Notes: generated from the letters alone by a model not told the origin. DNA of 64,000 nt from Nitrospirota bacterium (GCA_029858285.1 JAOUFN010000002.1:77896-141895); one strand, 5' to 3'; positions 40,329 through 50,307 are shown, counted from the first letter of the stretch. Made by a program: numbers and translations.

Positions 40329-40808
40329 TCAGCAGCGGCGCAGGCGCGCCACCAGAGCCAGTTCCACGGTGGCGTTGCGCGGCAGGGCAAATGCCCCCAG
40401 CGCCATGCGGGTGTGGCGCCCGGTTTCGCCAAACACCTGAAACAACCATTCGGATGCGCCGTTGAGCACCTGGGGCTGATCGCAAAATCCGGGGGCCGAC
40501 AGCACATGTCCCGACACCTGCACGATCTGCTCCACCCGGTCCAGACCGTCCAGCCCTCCCAGGTGGGCCGCCAGCGCGGCCACGGCGTTCATGGCGCACA
40601 GGCGCGCCGCCTCGGCCCCCTCGGTCACATCGTGTCCGGAACCACCCACGATGCCGGTGAACATCACCCTGCCGTCGATCATCGGCAACATGCCGCTGGT
40701 AAACACCAGTTCACCACTCTCCAGCACCGGAAGATACGCCCCCAGCGGCAGGGGGGCGGTGGGCAACACGCACCCCAGTTCGGACAGCCGTCCAGCCACT
40801 ACGCCCAT
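40329..40808 (-). CDS. RidA/YjgF-family (Rid) protein
   Basis: GELVFTSGMLPMIDGRV...EAARLCAMNAVAAL...GASEWLFQVFGETGRHTRMALGAFALPRNATVELALV matches the Rid-family pattern. Confidence 0.75.
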   Translation of the reverse strand: MGVVAGRLSELGCVLPTAPLPLGAYLPVLESGELVFTSGMLPMIDGRVMFTGIVGGSGHDVTEGAEAARLCAMNAVAALAAHLGGLDGLDRVEQIVQVSGHVLSAPGFCDQPQVLNGASEWLFQVFGETGRHTRMALGAFALPRNATVELALVARLRRC

Positions 40809-40839
40809 GACACGTTTCCCATCGACACACTCCCCGTCA

Positions 40840-41103
40840 TCACACTCCCCGTGATTGCGGCAGTCCCGCCACGGCCTTCACCACACTCGCCCGTACCTCG
40901 GCGGTCACCCGGTCGTCCTGCTCCAGATCCAGCAGATCGTCCTCGGCCACAGTGACAAACACCCGCCCACCGCCCCGGGACAGTGCGATCAGAAAGCGGT
41001 CGTCCGTGGCCCGCACAGGGATCACCGCCTGCGCGCCGGGGGCAACCTCCGCCAGCAATCGATTGAATGCCGCCTTGCCTGCTTCGATATCGTCCACGGT
41101 CAA
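40840..41103 (-). CDS. Hypothetical protein (87 aa)
   Basis: ORF upstream of ridA on the same strand; acidic; no recognised motif. Confidence 0.3.
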   Translation of the reverse strand: MTVDDIEAGKAAFNRLLAEVAPGAQAVIPVRATDDRFLIALSRGGGRVFVTVAEDDLLDLEQDDRVTAEVRASVVKAVAGLPQSRGV

Positions 41104-41345
41104 TCAACACTCCGGAGGAAGGAGAAATAGCGGGGAAAACTGCCCGTACCGATCACAAAAAGAATGCGCTGAGTCTAGCCCCATCGGCGTGCCACACACA
41201 AGCGCCACCTACCCCCGGCGTGCCCGCCCGGTCTGCGTATCCCTCGCCCGGTTTCCATGCTAGAGTGAACCGGATTCGAATTGAACCGGCCGCCGTCGTC
41301 ACCGGTATCACCGGCGGCCCGCAATAGCGCAGGGGGGATAAACCC

Positions 41346-41807
41346 ATGGCGATCGTGCAAATGCAGATCCAGGGTCTGATGGTCGACCCGTACAATCAGG
41401 CTTACATCGTGGTGCTGCGCCCGGATGAGGAATCCGGCGGCGAGTTGCTGCCGATCTGGGTCGGCAAGCCGGAGGCCAACGCCATCGGCCTGGCCCTGGA
41501 ACATGTGGACAGCCCCCGCCCCATGACCCACGACTTGCTCAAGGAAGTGATCGAGGCCCTGGGTGCCCGCGTGCTCAGCGTGGTGGTCACCGATCTGGTG
41601 GAAAATACCTTTTACGCCAAGGTGCATCTGCTACACGGCGATGGCGAGATCACCGTGGACGCCCGCCCCTCCGACGCCATCGCCCTGGCCCTGCGCACCG
41701 AGTGCCCGGTATTTGTCGACAGCGACGTGTTGAGCAAAAGCCGCACCGGCGAAATTGAACAGTGGCTGGAAAACCTCAAGCCCGAGGATTTTGGCAAGGC
41801 GGACTGA
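41346..41807 (+). CDS. Bifunctional nuclease family protein (BFN/DUF151)
   Basis: LPIWVGKPEANAIGLAL...VVVTDLVENTFYAKVHL...DARPSDAIALALRTECPVFVDSDVL matches the BFN domain. Confidence 0.7.
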   Translation: MAIVQMQIQGLMVDPYNQAYIVVLRPDEESGGELLPIWVGKPEANAIGLALEHVDSPRPMTHDLLKEVIEALGARVLSVVVTDLVENTFYAKVHLLHGDGEITVDARPSDAIALALRTECPVFVDSDVLSKSRTGEIEQWLENLKPEDFGKAD

Positions 41808-41867
41808 CACCCGTCCCGGCCACCCTCCCGGAGTCTGCTATCGGCCCAAAATTATCGGCCCACAGAG

Positions 41868-42098
41868 CTACCTGGACGGCGGCGCGGGCTGTGGAAGACG
41901 GGCGGCGTTTTTACGGCGCTGTTCGTCACGCCGGGCACGCACCACCAGGGAGGTGAGAGTGGCCACGAACAGCAGCACCATGCCGATGGAGACGAGGCCG
42001 TCATCCATAGGGTAGATCACGTCATCGTAAATGGCGGTGACGATCATTCCCGCAAACCACAACAGTAGCAGCGCCGAATGCAGCGGATACCTGATCAC
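41868..42098 (-). CDS. Small 2-TM membrane protein (76 aa), GTG start
   Basis: Hydrophobic segments LLLLWFAGMIVTAIY and IGMVLLFVATLTSLVV. The GTG start overlaps the upstream gene stop (GTGA). Confidence 0.3.
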   Translation of the reverse strand: MIRYPLHSALLLLWFAGMIVTAIYDDVIYPMDDGLVSIGMVLLFVATLTSLVVRARRDEQRRKNAARLPQPAPPSR

Positions 42099-42238
42099 CC
42101 CCCGTACTCCCGCTGCACGAACACGACGATGGAGAAGATGAAGAACAGTGTGGCCAGCACGAAAAGAATCGCTGCGAGGCGCTTTTCCCGCTTCTGTTTG
42201 TCGCTTCCCTGTTGCCCGGAGGGCTTCTTTTTCGGCAT
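42095..42238 (-). CDS. Small single-TM membrane protein (~47 aa)
   Basis: MPKKKPSGQQGSDKQKREKRLAAILFVLATLFFIFSIVVFVQREYGG: a basic N-terminus followed by one TM. The start was chosen at the internal ATG of ORF 42095..42382. Confidence 0.3.
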   Translation of the reverse strand: MPKKKPSGQQGSDKQKREKRLAAILFVLATLFFIFSIVVFVQREYGG

Positions 42239-42380
42239 GTTAGACACACCACAGTGAGGGGTTTTCCGCATGGATGACCGGCATTGTACCGGCAGCCCCC
42301 CCAGGCGGCAACCCGAGCCGAAGGCCGCCAGACGCCGGGCACCACACCCGATTTTCAACCCGTAGTCGAAGGACAGACAC

Positions 42381-42812
42381 ATGCCGATTTCCCACTTCTA
42401 CCGCACCCTGCCGCCCGCAGCCCTGCTGGCCGCCGTCCTGCTGTCCGGCGCGGCGTGCAACAAGTCCACCTCGCCGCCCCCCGAACTGGCCCACAGCGCC
42501 GACGCCCCCGCCACTGCCGTGCCCGCATCATCCAGTACGGACGCCACCGGCGGCGAAAAACTGTTTTTGGACCACTGTGCCCGTTGCCACGGTGAGCGCG
42601 GCGTCGGCACCAATCAGGGGCCGCCGCTGGTGCACAAGATTTACGAGCCCAATCACCACCCGGACGCAGCCTTCTACCGGGCCGCCGCCCAGGGGGTACG
42701 CGCCCACCACTGGCAGTTTGGCGACATGCCCGCCGTCGGCGCAGATCACGATCAGGTGACCGCCATCATCGGCTATGTGCGCGCCCTGCAACGGGAGGCC
42801 GGGATTTTCTAG
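42381..42812 (+). CDS. Mono-haem c-type cytochrome (class I), probable lipoprotein
   Basis: Signal/lipobox LLSGAAC, one CARCH haem-binding motif, and Met in GDMPAVG as the distal ligand candidate; 143 aa. Confidence 0.75.
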   Translation: MPISHFYRTLPPAALLAAVLLSGAACNKSTSPPPELAHSADAPATAVPASSSTDATGGEKLFLDHCARCHGERGVGTNQGPPLVHKIYEPNHHPDAAFYRAAAQGVRAHHWQFGDMPAVGADHDQVTAIIGYVRALQREAGIF

Positions 42813-42818
42813 GGGAGG

Positions 42819-42839
42819 ACGCCCCCGCAGGCGTTTTCC
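42819..42839 (+). terminator. Possible terminator after the cytochrome gene
   Basis: GC-rich 5-bp hairpin ACGCC...GGCGT followed by TTTT; a second GC hairpin follows. Confidence 0.3.
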
Positions 42840-43025
42840 CGGCGGGGGCGCCCCTGCGGGCGTATTCGCGTAAACCTGCGGCACGGCACGGTTCATCGCG
42901 AAACAGGCCGCGCCCCTGCCTGGTTTTTCCCGACGTACCGCAAGGATACCGTCCGGTACCCAGGGCCGTGACCCATGGAGGGTCACGGGCCGGTCATCGC
43001 CGTGCACCGCCGCCCGCCGCGCGGG

Positions 43026-44399
43026 CTAGATTTCGTAGAGATCGCCGGTGGCGGTAGTGACAAGTTCTTCCACGCGCGGATCATGGCTGGCGAAGGGATC
43101 GGTGCAGAGGATGGTTTCCTCAAAATAGCCCGACAGCTTCAGATAGGTCCAGTCCACGCTGTAGGGGCGGCCCGCCTCCTTGGCAAAGCGGATGAACTGG
43201 CCGCGAATGCGCGCCCGGGTGTTGCTGGGGGGGTATTGCATGGCGTGGTCCACCTCCGGATCGGTGGACAGGCGCACCATGCGGCGGTCGCGCTCCAGCA
43301 GATAGAACAACCCGCGGGTGCGGTCGATGTCGTGGTATTGCAGATCGATCATCGACACCCGTGGATCTTCCAGTGTGCAGTTCTGGCGCTCCATGAAGCG
43401 CTGCATGAGCTGATATTTAGCCACCCAGTCGAGGCGATCTGCCAGTTGGGTAAAATCCTTTTCCAGCCATTTCAACACTTCGCGCCACTGCCCCAGAAGG
43501 GCGGAAAAAACGCCGTGGGTAAGGCCGGAAAAATGATGCTCGGCGGCCTCCAGGTAGGCCCACTGCATTTCCAGCGCCGACATGCGGCGGCCATTGGTGA
43601 GCTTCAGGGGCGAGCGCAGGGTCAGATCGAGAGAAATCTGGCGCAGGGCGTCCACCGCATCCTCCAGGGACAGGTCGGGCAGCACCGCCCCCTCCTCCAG
43701 GGCGGTGAGCAGCAGGCAGGTGATGCCCACCTTCAGGTGGGTGGTGAACTCGCTCATGTTGGAGTCGCCCACGATAATGTGCAGACGGCGGTAGCGTTCG
43801 GCGTCGGCGTGGGGCTCGTCACGGGTATTGATGATGCTGCGGCTGCTGGTGGTGGACGAGGATGACGCCTCGTGGATGTGTGTGGCGCGCTGGCTGATGG
43901 AATAGCGTGCGTGGCCCGCCTGGCGAAACACCTTGCCTGCACCGCAGAAGATCTGGCGGGTGACAAAGAACGGAATCATGCGCTCCGCCAGTTGCCAAAA
44001 ATCCACCTGCCGCTCCACCAGATAATTTTCGTGGCAGCCGTAGGTGTTGCCCATGGTGTCGGTATTGTTCTTGTAGGCGTACAGGCGGCCCCTGAATCCC
44101 TCCTCGGCGAGCTTGGCCTGGGCGGGCCCCAGACGTGACTCCAGTAGACGCTCGCCGGCGCGGTCGTGGATCACCGCGCTGCGCACCGAAGCGCACTCCG
44201 GGGTGGCATATTCCGGGTGACAGCCGGTGTCCTGATAAAAGCGCGCGCCGTTGGGGAGAAAGGCGTTGGAGGGCCAGCCGGTGGGGATGACTTCCTCGAA
44301 CAGGTAGCCGATGACCTTTTCCATCGGCAGATAGGCCTTGCCGGTGGGGAAAAAGGTCAGCCCGTACTCGGTTTCGATGCCGACGATGCGGCGGCGCAC
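43026..44399 (-). CDS. pafA: Pup--protein ligase PafA
   Basis: MRRRIVGIETEYGLTF...YLFEEVI...SNAFLPNGARFYQDTGCHPEYATPEC closely parallels the PafA N-terminus; 457 aa with no Dop-loop insertion. Confidence 0.9.
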   Translation of the reverse strand: MRRRIVGIETEYGLTFFPTGKAYLPMEKVIGYLFEEVIPTGWPSNAFLPNGARFYQDTGCHPEYATPECASVRSAVIHDRAGERLLESRLGPAQAKLAEEGFRGRLYAYKNNTDTMGNTYGCHENYLVERQVDFWQLAERMIPFFVTRQIFCGAGKVFRQAGHARYSISQRATHIHEASSSSTTSSRSIINTRDEPHADAERYRRLHIIVGDSNMSEFTTHLKVGITCLLLTALEEGAVLPDLSLEDAVDALRQISLDLTLRSPLKLTNGRRMSALEMQWAYLEAAEHHFSGLTHGVFSALLGQWREVLKWLEKDFTQLADRLDWVAKYQLMQRFMERQNCTLEDPRVSMIDLQYHDIDRTRGLFYLLERDRRMVRLSTDPEVDHAMQYPPSNTRARIRGQFIRFAKEAGRPYSVDWTYLKLSGYFEETILCTDPFASHDPRVEELVTTATGDLYEI

Positions 44400-44405
44400 G
44401 GCGGG

Positions 44406-45104
44406 TCAGGCTGGCAGCAAGGCTGCCACCTCGGTGGTGGACAGGCGGCGGAAGGTGCGTCCGCGCAAGGCCCGGTCCAGCAGGGCGACCTCGAAATCGG
44501 CGGCGGACAGGCGACCGTTTGCCCCGGCCCCGGCTCCGGAACTACCCAGCACCTCGCGGCACAACGACAGGGAGGCCCGCACGTCGGCCACGCGGGAAAA
44601 ATCCCGGTCCAGGGCCACGCGCACACGGTCGGCGTCACCGCCCACCACGGCGTAATCGCCCTCGCCGATAATGTTGCCGTCGAAGGAGACGCGGTAGATG
44701 GTGTCGTTTTCCGGGCTTGCTCCCACTTCGGCGACCACCAGTTCCACCTCCATCGGCTTGACCTCGTGGGCGAACACCTCGCCCAGCATGTGGGAATAGC
44801 CGTTGGCCAGGGATTTGGCGGTGACGTCTTCACGGCTGTAGGAGTAGCCGGTGACATCGGCGTGGCGGATGCCGGCCTTGCGCAGGGATTCAAACTCGCT
44901 GAAGCGACCGGCCCCGGCAAAGCCGATGCGATCGTAAATTTCGGAGATCTTGTTGAGGGCGGAACCGGGGTTGTGGGCCACGAACAGCACCCCATCGGTA
45001 GTACGCATGACCACGGTGGCACGGCCCCGGCTGATGCCCTTTTTGGCGAACTCCGCCTTGTCCTGCATCAATTGTTCGGGGGAAACGTAATACGGCATGG
45101 CCAT
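44406..45104 (-). CDS. prcA: Proteasome alpha subunit PrcA
   Basis: MAMPYYVSPEQLMQDKAEFAKKGISRG matches the actinobacterial-type PrcA N-terminus. Confidence 0.9.
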   Translation of the reverse strand: MAMPYYVSPEQLMQDKAEFAKKGISRGRATVVMRTTDGVLFVAHNPGSALNKISEIYDRIGFAGAGRFSEFESLRKAGIRHADVTGYSYSREDVTAKSLANGYSHMLGEVFAHEVKPMEVELVVAEVGASPENDTIYRVSFDGNIIGEGDYAVVGGDADRVRVALDRDFSRVADVRASLSLCREVLGSSGAGAGANGRLSAADFEVALLDRALRGRTFRRLSTTEVAALLPA

Positions 45105-45107
45105 GGC

Positions 45108-45929
45108 TTATTTCCCCTTCTTTCTCGAACCGCCCCCGGCATCGGGACCGGCGCCTGGACGGGGAAGTCCCCCGCAAACCTGCCGGATGTGATCCGCGTC
45201 CACCTCACGCGCGCCGTCGGCATCGATGACCAGGGCAGAGGGAAAAATGCCGCGCTGAGGGTCGGGGCCGGCGGTGGCCAGGTCCTCGTCGGCGGCATCC
45301 AGCAGAGAGGCCAGCGCCAGCCCGAGGGCCCCGGCCTCGTCCATGCCGGGGCGGAAGGCGCGTTTGATGGCGCTGCGGGCCAGGCCGCCACCGGAACCGG
45401 CGGTCACATAGTCCGGCTCCTCGGTCTTGCCCCCCGCCACGTCGTACTTGAACACCCGCCCCGCTCCGCGCTCGGGGTCGAAGCCGGCGAACACCGGAAT
45501 CACCGCCAGCCCCTGCATAGCCAAAGCCAGGTTGCCGCGCACCATTTGCGCCAGCTTGTTGGCCTTGCCGGACAGGGACAGGGCCCGCCCCTCGATCTTT
45601 TCGTAGTATTCCAGCTCGGTGGCAAACAGCCGCGCCATGTCGAGGCACGGCCCCACCGCGCCAGAGATGGCCATCGCGGAGTGGCGGTCGGTGCGAATCA
45701 CCTTGTCCATGTGGCGGCTGGAGACGCTGTGGCCGTCGGAGGCCATGCGGTCCCCGGCGATCACCACCCCTCCGGCGTAGACCAGGGCCACTACGGTAGT
45801 GCCGTGAGGCACCGCCACCGGTCCCTCCATGGCGCCGCGAATGGCGGTGGGCAGCAGGTCCGGCCGCACACTGACCAGATAATCGTAAAAACTCGCCCCG
45901 GCTTGGGGCGAAAAGGCATCCCCTCTCAC
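45108..45929 (-). CDS. prcB: Proteasome beta subunit PrcB (with propeptide)
   Basis: Propeptide followed by the ...PHG/TTVVALVYAGGVVIAGDR catalytic Thr1 context; Ntn-hydrolase fold. Confidence 0.9.
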   Translation of the reverse strand: MRGDAFSPQAGASFYDYLVSVRPDLLPTAIRGAMEGPVAVPHGTTVVALVYAGGVVIAGDRMASDGHSVSSRHMDKVIRTDRHSAMAISGAVGPCLDMARLFATELEYYEKIEGRALSLSGKANKLAQMVRGNLALAMQGLAVIPVFAGFDPERGAGRVFKYDVAGGKTEEPDYVTAGSGGGLARSAIKRAFRPGMDEAGALGLALASLLDAADEDLATAGPDPQRGIFPSALVIDADGAREVDADHIRQVCGGLPRPGAGPDAGGGSRKKGK

Positions 45930-45948
45930 GTTGTACTCCCGTCCGTGG

Positions 45949-46146
45949 TTACTGTCCGCCCTTCTGGACGTAATTTTTGACGAATTCCTCGGCGTTCTTC
46001 TCCAGCACGTCGTCGATCTCGTCCATCAGCTTATCCATGTCCTGGGCAAGCTCCTTGCCCTTTTCGGTAATGGCTGGCGCCTTGGTCTCCTCCTCGGAGG
46101 GCGCCTTCTCGGCGGGTTTTTCGCGGGTTTCCTTTTTCTGGGCCAT
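45949..46146 (-). CDS. pup: Prokaryotic ubiquitin-like protein Pup (64 aa, C-terminal GGQ)
   Basis: MAQKKETREKP...DMDKLMDEIDDVLEKNAEEFVKNYVQKGGQ: conserved Pup C-terminal helix and GGQ terminus. The start was set at the internal ATG at 46146. Confidence 0.9.
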   Translation of the reverse strand: MAQKKETREKPAEKAPSEEETKAPAITEKGKELAQDMDKLMDEIDDVLEKNAEEFVKNYVQKGGQ

Positions 46147-46218
46147 GAATGTTCCGTCTGCCTCCGTGCGGTCGGGTACGGGGCGCAACCCTCGCCCTGC
46201 CCGTGGCCTGCCTGATAC

Positions 46219-47709
46219 CTATCCGGCGTTTCCTTCGAGACGCGCAACCAGCTCCGCAGGGGTGGCGGAGGCGTCCAGGAGTTCACCGATGACATCCCGT
46301 GTGCCCCGGAACGGATCCAGCATGGGGATGCGACGCACCTCCTCGCCGGTGTCCAGCAGCACTGAACTCCAACTTACACCGTAAACTCCTTTTCCGAAAC
46401 GGGCAAGACATTGCCCGCGGAACCAGGCGCGGGTATCGACGGGTGGCTGCTCCTGCGCGGCGGCGATCTCTGCAGGGGTCACTAGGATATCCACCATGCC
46501 GCGTTTCTCCAGAGTGTGGTACAGCCCCTTGGCCAGGTCCACATCGTGGTACTGCAGGTCCATGGCGCGGGCGCGCGGATGGCTCCAGTCCAGCCCCTTG
46601 TGGGTCAGGTAGGTGTCGATCATGCGGTATTTGATGACCCAGTCCACCTCCCGGTCCGGCGACATGGGATCGGCCTCAAGGTCGTTCAGCACCTTCTCCC
46701 AGCGTTCCACCACCAGGGGAAAGCTGCCCGGCAGGGGGTGACGCGCGGCGTAGGCCTTGACGCGCTCCAGATAGACACGCTGGATGTCGATGGCGCTCAT
46801 GGAGCCGCCCCCCTCAATGTCCACCACCCGTCCCAAGGCCAGATCGCGGGACACGGCACGGAACGCCTCCACCGGATCGGCGGGCCACGGCACGTCGCCC
46901 AGGGCGTCGTCCTCGATCAGGCGCAGGATCAGGGCCGTGGTACCCACCTTGAGGAAGGTGGAAACCTGGCTCATGTTGGAATCGCCGGGGATCACATGCA
47001 GGCGCAGCCAGCGCTCCGGATCGGCGTGGGGTTCGTTGCGGGTGTTGAACAGGGGGCGGCGGACCATGGTGTTGAGTTCCGCCAGTGCCTCAAAAAAATC
47101 GGCCCGCTGGGACATCTGGTAGCGGCACGCCTCGCGCCCGTGCTCGGAGCCCACCTTGCCCGCGCCGCAGAACACGGTGCGGGTGACAAAATGCGGTACC
47201 AGACCACGAATCAGGCGCTCCGCAGGAATGCCTCGAACCACCAGATAATTCTCATGGTAGCCATAGCTGTTGCCCTTGCCGTCGGAGTTGTTCTTGTGCA
47301 GGGCAAAGCGCGGCCTGCCGGTGGCGCGCTCGGCGCCCTTGCGGCAGGCGTCGGCGATGCGCTCGCCGGCGGTCTCGAAACGCACCAGATCGAGAGGGTC
47401 GCTGACCTCGGGGGTGGAATATTCGGGGTGGGCGCCGTCCACATACAGACGGCCCCCGTTGGCCAGGGGCTTGTTGAGGGCGCGGTTGGCGTACAGGTCG
47501 GGATCTTCGCGCTCCCCCTCCATGAGGCTGCCGAACAGGTCCAGAAGGGGGTTTTCCCCGGCGTAATCCCACAGACACTCGGGGGCCGGACGGCCGGGGC
47601 AGAATCCCACCAGTTGCAGGGAATTGGTGATGTGATTCTGTTCCCGGGGGTCGGCGCAGGAGATGCCGAACTCGGTCTCGCTGCCGAGGAGAAAGGGGCG
47701 GTCTGTCAT
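46219..47709 (-). CDS. dop: Depupylase/deamidase Dop
   Basis: MTDRPFLLGSETEFGIS... aligns with the Dop N-terminus. About 497 aa with an extra insertion (Dop loop) relative to the PafA paralogue in this locus. Confidence 0.88.
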   Translation of the reverse strand: MTDRPFLLGSETEFGISCADPREQNHITNSLQLVGFCPGRPAPECLWDYAGENPLLDLFGSLMEGEREDPDLYANRALNKPLANGGRLYVDGAHPEYSTPEVSDPLDLVRFETAGERIADACRKGAERATGRPRFALHKNNSDGKGNSYGYHENYLVVRGIPAERLIRGLVPHFVTRTVFCGAGKVGSEHGREACRYQMSQRADFFEALAELNTMVRRPLFNTRNEPHADPERWLRLHVIPGDSNMSQVSTFLKVGTTALILRLIEDDALGDVPWPADPVEAFRAVSRDLALGRVVDIEGGGSMSAIDIQRVYLERVKAYAARHPLPGSFPLVVERWEKVLNDLEADPMSPDREVDWVIKYRMIDTYLTHKGLDWSHPRARAMDLQYHDVDLAKGLYHTLEKRGMVDILVTPAEIAAAQEQPPVDTRAWFRGQCLARFGKGVYGVSWSSVLLDTGEEVRRIPMLDPFRGTRDVIGELLDASATPAELVARLEGNAG

Positions 47710-47764
47710 GGCGTTTCCGATGCGGCGGAGGGCGGCGTGAACCACCCCCCGCCGCTGGCTTCGG

Positions 47765-49519
47765 TTACAGGTAGTGACCGGCGGAGACCGGCTTGATCTC
47801 CTTGGCCTGATGCCCGTCGTGGGTGATGGTGCGGATGTTCACGATCCGCTCCCCCTTGCGACCGGCGATCTTGGCCCAGTCGTCCGGATTAGTGTTATTG
47901 GGCAGGTCCTCGTTTTCCTGGTACTCCTTGCGCATGCCGCGCAGCAGGTCGTCCAGGCGGATGCCGCGCCCGCCACCGTCGATGGCACGCTTGATCGCAT
48001 ATTTCTTGGCCCGCGAAACGATGCCCTCGATCATGGCACCGCTGGAGAAGTCCTTGAAGTAGCAGATCTCGCGCTCCCCATTGGCGTAGGTGACCTCGAG
48101 GAACTGGTTGCTCTCCCCGGTGGCGTACATCTCGTCCACCACCGCGTCGATCATGCGGCCAAAGGAGGTTTCCGGCACCTCGCCGGCCGCCACTGCCTCC
48201 GCGTGCAGGGGCAGGTCCGGGGTGAGGTACTTGCGAAAGATCTCCCGCGCCCCCGCCGCGTCCGGCCGGTCGACGCGAATCTTCACGTCCAGACGACCGG
48301 GGCGCAGCACCGCAGGATCAATCAGATCCTGGCGGTTGGTGGCGCCAATGACGATCACGTTGCGCAGCCGCTCCACGCCGTCGATCTCCGCCAGGAACTG
48401 GGGCACGATGGTCGATTCCACGTCCGAGCTGACGCCGGTGCCGCGGGTACGGAACAGGGAGTCCATCTCGTCGAAGAAAATGATCACCGGTACCCCCCGG
48501 TCGGCCTTTTCCTTGGCCTTCTGGAAGATTTCGCGGATGCGGCGCTCGCTTTCGCCCACGTACTTGTTGAGCAACTCCGGCCCCTTGATGTGCAGGAAGA
48601 AGCTGCGCCGCTCCTTGTCGCCCCGGTCGCTGACCCGGGCCGAAATGGCCTGGGCCACGGCCTTGGCGATCAAGGTCTTGCCGCAGCCTGGAGGGCCGTA
48701 GAGCAGGATGCCCTTGGGCGGGCTGAGACGGTGCTCCTGATACAGTTCGGGGTGCAGGAACGGCAGTTCCACGGCGTCGCGGATCTCCTCGATCTGGGCC
48801 CCCAGCCCGCCGATGCGGCTGTAGTCCACGTCGGGGATCTCTTCGATCACCAGTTCCTCGGCCTCGCACTTGGGAAGCTTTTCCAGCAGGTAGCCGGAAC
48901 GGGTGTCCAGCAGCACGTTGTCGCCGACCCGCAGCACCTCTTTGCGCAACCGGTCGGTGAGGCGCGCCACGCGTTCCTCGTCGCCGTGCAGGTTGACGAT
49001 GGCGCGGCCCTCGTCCAGCACCTCCTTGATGGTGACCACCTCGCCCTGCACCTGGAAGCCCTTGGCCTCCACCACGTTGTAGGCCTCGTTGAGCACCAGT
49101 TCCTGGCCCACCTGCAAGGTGTGGATGTCGATGTCAGGATGGGCATGAACCTTCATCTTGCGCCCCGCGACATACACGTTGACCGTGCCGTCGTCGTTGA
49201 CCGAGGAAAAGAATCCGTACGGATTGGGCGGCAGCGTGAGCTTTTCCACCTCTTCCTTGAGGGCTTCGATATGCGCCCGGGATTCCTGAAGGATCTGCAC
49301 CAGCTTCTGATTCTGCTGGTACGCCTGATCCAGTTGGTTGCGCATGGGAAACAGGTGCAGCAGTTCCGTCTCCATGGACTGCATCTGCACGCGCAGGCGC
49401 TGGATCTCCTGTTCGTAATCGGTTTTGGTGAATGTTCCCTTGCGCCCGGGGCCGGCACCCTGGGGTCCCTCGCCCCCGGCAGTGCCCCCGGAAGTATTGT
49501 GCGAACGGGAAGTGGCCAT
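47765..49519 (-). CDS. arc: Proteasome-associated AAA+ ATPase ARC/Mpa
   Basis: N-terminal coiled coil and tandem OB region; AAA+ Walker [21 protein letters not shown]; 584 aa; C-terminal ...GHYL (HbYX-like docking motif). GAGGAGGAGG ribosome-binding site. Confidence 0.93.
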   Translation of the reverse strand: MATSRSHNTSGGTAGGEGPQGAGPGRKGTFTKTDYEQEIQRLRVQMQSMETELLHLFPMRNQLDQAYQQNQKLVQILQESRAHIEALKEEVEKLTLPPNPYGFFSSVNDDGTVNVYVAGRKMKVHAHPDIDIHTLQVGQELVLNEAYNVVEAKGFQVQGEVVTIKEVLDEGRAIVNLHGDEERVARLTDRLRKEVLRVGDNVLLDTRSGYLLEKLPKCEAEELVIEEIPDVDYSRIGGLGAQIEEIRDAVELPFLHPELYQEHRLSPPKGILLYGPPGCGKTLIAKAVAQAISARVSDRGDKERRSFFLHIKGPELLNKYVGESERRIREIFQKAKEKADRGVPVIIFFDEMDSLFRTRGTGVSSDVESTIVPQFLAEIDGVERLRNVIVIGATNRQDLIDPAVLRPGRLDVKIRVDRPDAAGAREIFRKYLTPDLPLHAEAVAAGEVPETSFGRMIDAVVDEMYATGESNQFLEVTYANGEREICYFKDFSSGAMIEGIVSRAKKYAIKRAIDGGGRGIRLDDLLRGMRKEYQENEDLPNNTNPDDWAKIAGRKGERIVNIRTITHDGHQAKEIKPVSAGHYL

Positions 49520-49600
49520 GTCGCCTCCTCCTCAGGATTCGGTCGTTGTGGGCGTCCGGCACGGGGCGATCCCGTACCCGGGGCATACCCTCCAAGACCA

Positions 49601-49629
49601 AGCATAAGGGGGTTACGGGATTCGGTCAA
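49601..49629 (-). promoter_or_regulatory. Putative sigma-70 promoter for arc-dop-pup-prcBA-pafA (TTGACC-17 nt-TATGCT on the minus strand)
   Basis: On the minus strand, TTGACC (49624-49629), a 17-nt spacer and TATGCT (49601-49606), preceded by an AT-rich UP-like stretch. Same hexamers as the tRNA promoter. Confidence 0.4.
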
Positions 49630-49659
49630 ACTTATGAAATTACAGAATTTTGACGCCAA

Positions 49660-50307
49660 CTATCGGTTTTTTGGCGGTTCTCCGGCGGCCAGCAAATCCG
49701 CAGCCGCACGGCCTGGGTCGGCATTTGCCATGATTGCCGAAATAACGGCCACGCCGTGGGCCCCGGCAGCCATAATGGAATCTGAATGGGCATTTTTGAT
49801 GCCACCCAGGGCAAATACCGGCAGGGCCGCCCCGCGCGCCGCCAGGGCCAGGCCTTCGAGACCCTGTGGAGTACCCATACCGCGCTTGGAAGGGGTATCA
49901 AATACCGGGCCGAAGGTCACCAGACTGGCCCCTTCGGTGGCGGCTCGCAAAATATCCTGCGGATGATGGGTGGAGACCCCGATCAGCGTTTCGGCGCCGA
50001 GCAGGGCGCGCACCTCGCGCACCGGCGGGTCCGAACTGGTCAGGTGTACCCCGGCCCCCACGGCGCGGGCCACGTCGGCGCGGTCGTTCACCAGCAGGCG
50101 CGCCCCGTGGCGCAGGCACAGGGCCTGAACCTCCCGCGCCAGGACCAGCAGGGCACGGGCGCTCAGGTCTTTTTCGCGCAGTTGCACCAGCCGCACCCCG
50201 GCTTTCAGGGCCGCCTCCAGACAGGCCAGAAGGTCACCGCCGGGCACCTGATGGCGGTCGGTAATCAGGTACAGGCGCGGCAGCAGGGCGGGGGCCTTAA
50301 GTGTCAC
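49660..50307 (-). CDS. thiE: Thiamine-phosphate synthase
   Basis: LYLITDRH...LVQLREKDLSARA...ThiE TIM-barrel signature; 215 aa. Confidence 0.9.
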   Translation of the reverse strand: MTLKAPALLPRLYLITDRHQVPGGDLLACLEAALKAGVRLVQLREKDLSARALLVLAREVQALCLRHGARLLVNDRADVARAVGAGVHLTSSDPPVREVRALLGAETLIGVSTHHPQDILRAATEGASLVTFGPVFDTPSKRGMGTPQGLEGLALAARGAALPVFALGGIKNAHSDSIMAAGAHGVAVISAIMANADPGRAAADLLAAGEPPKNR

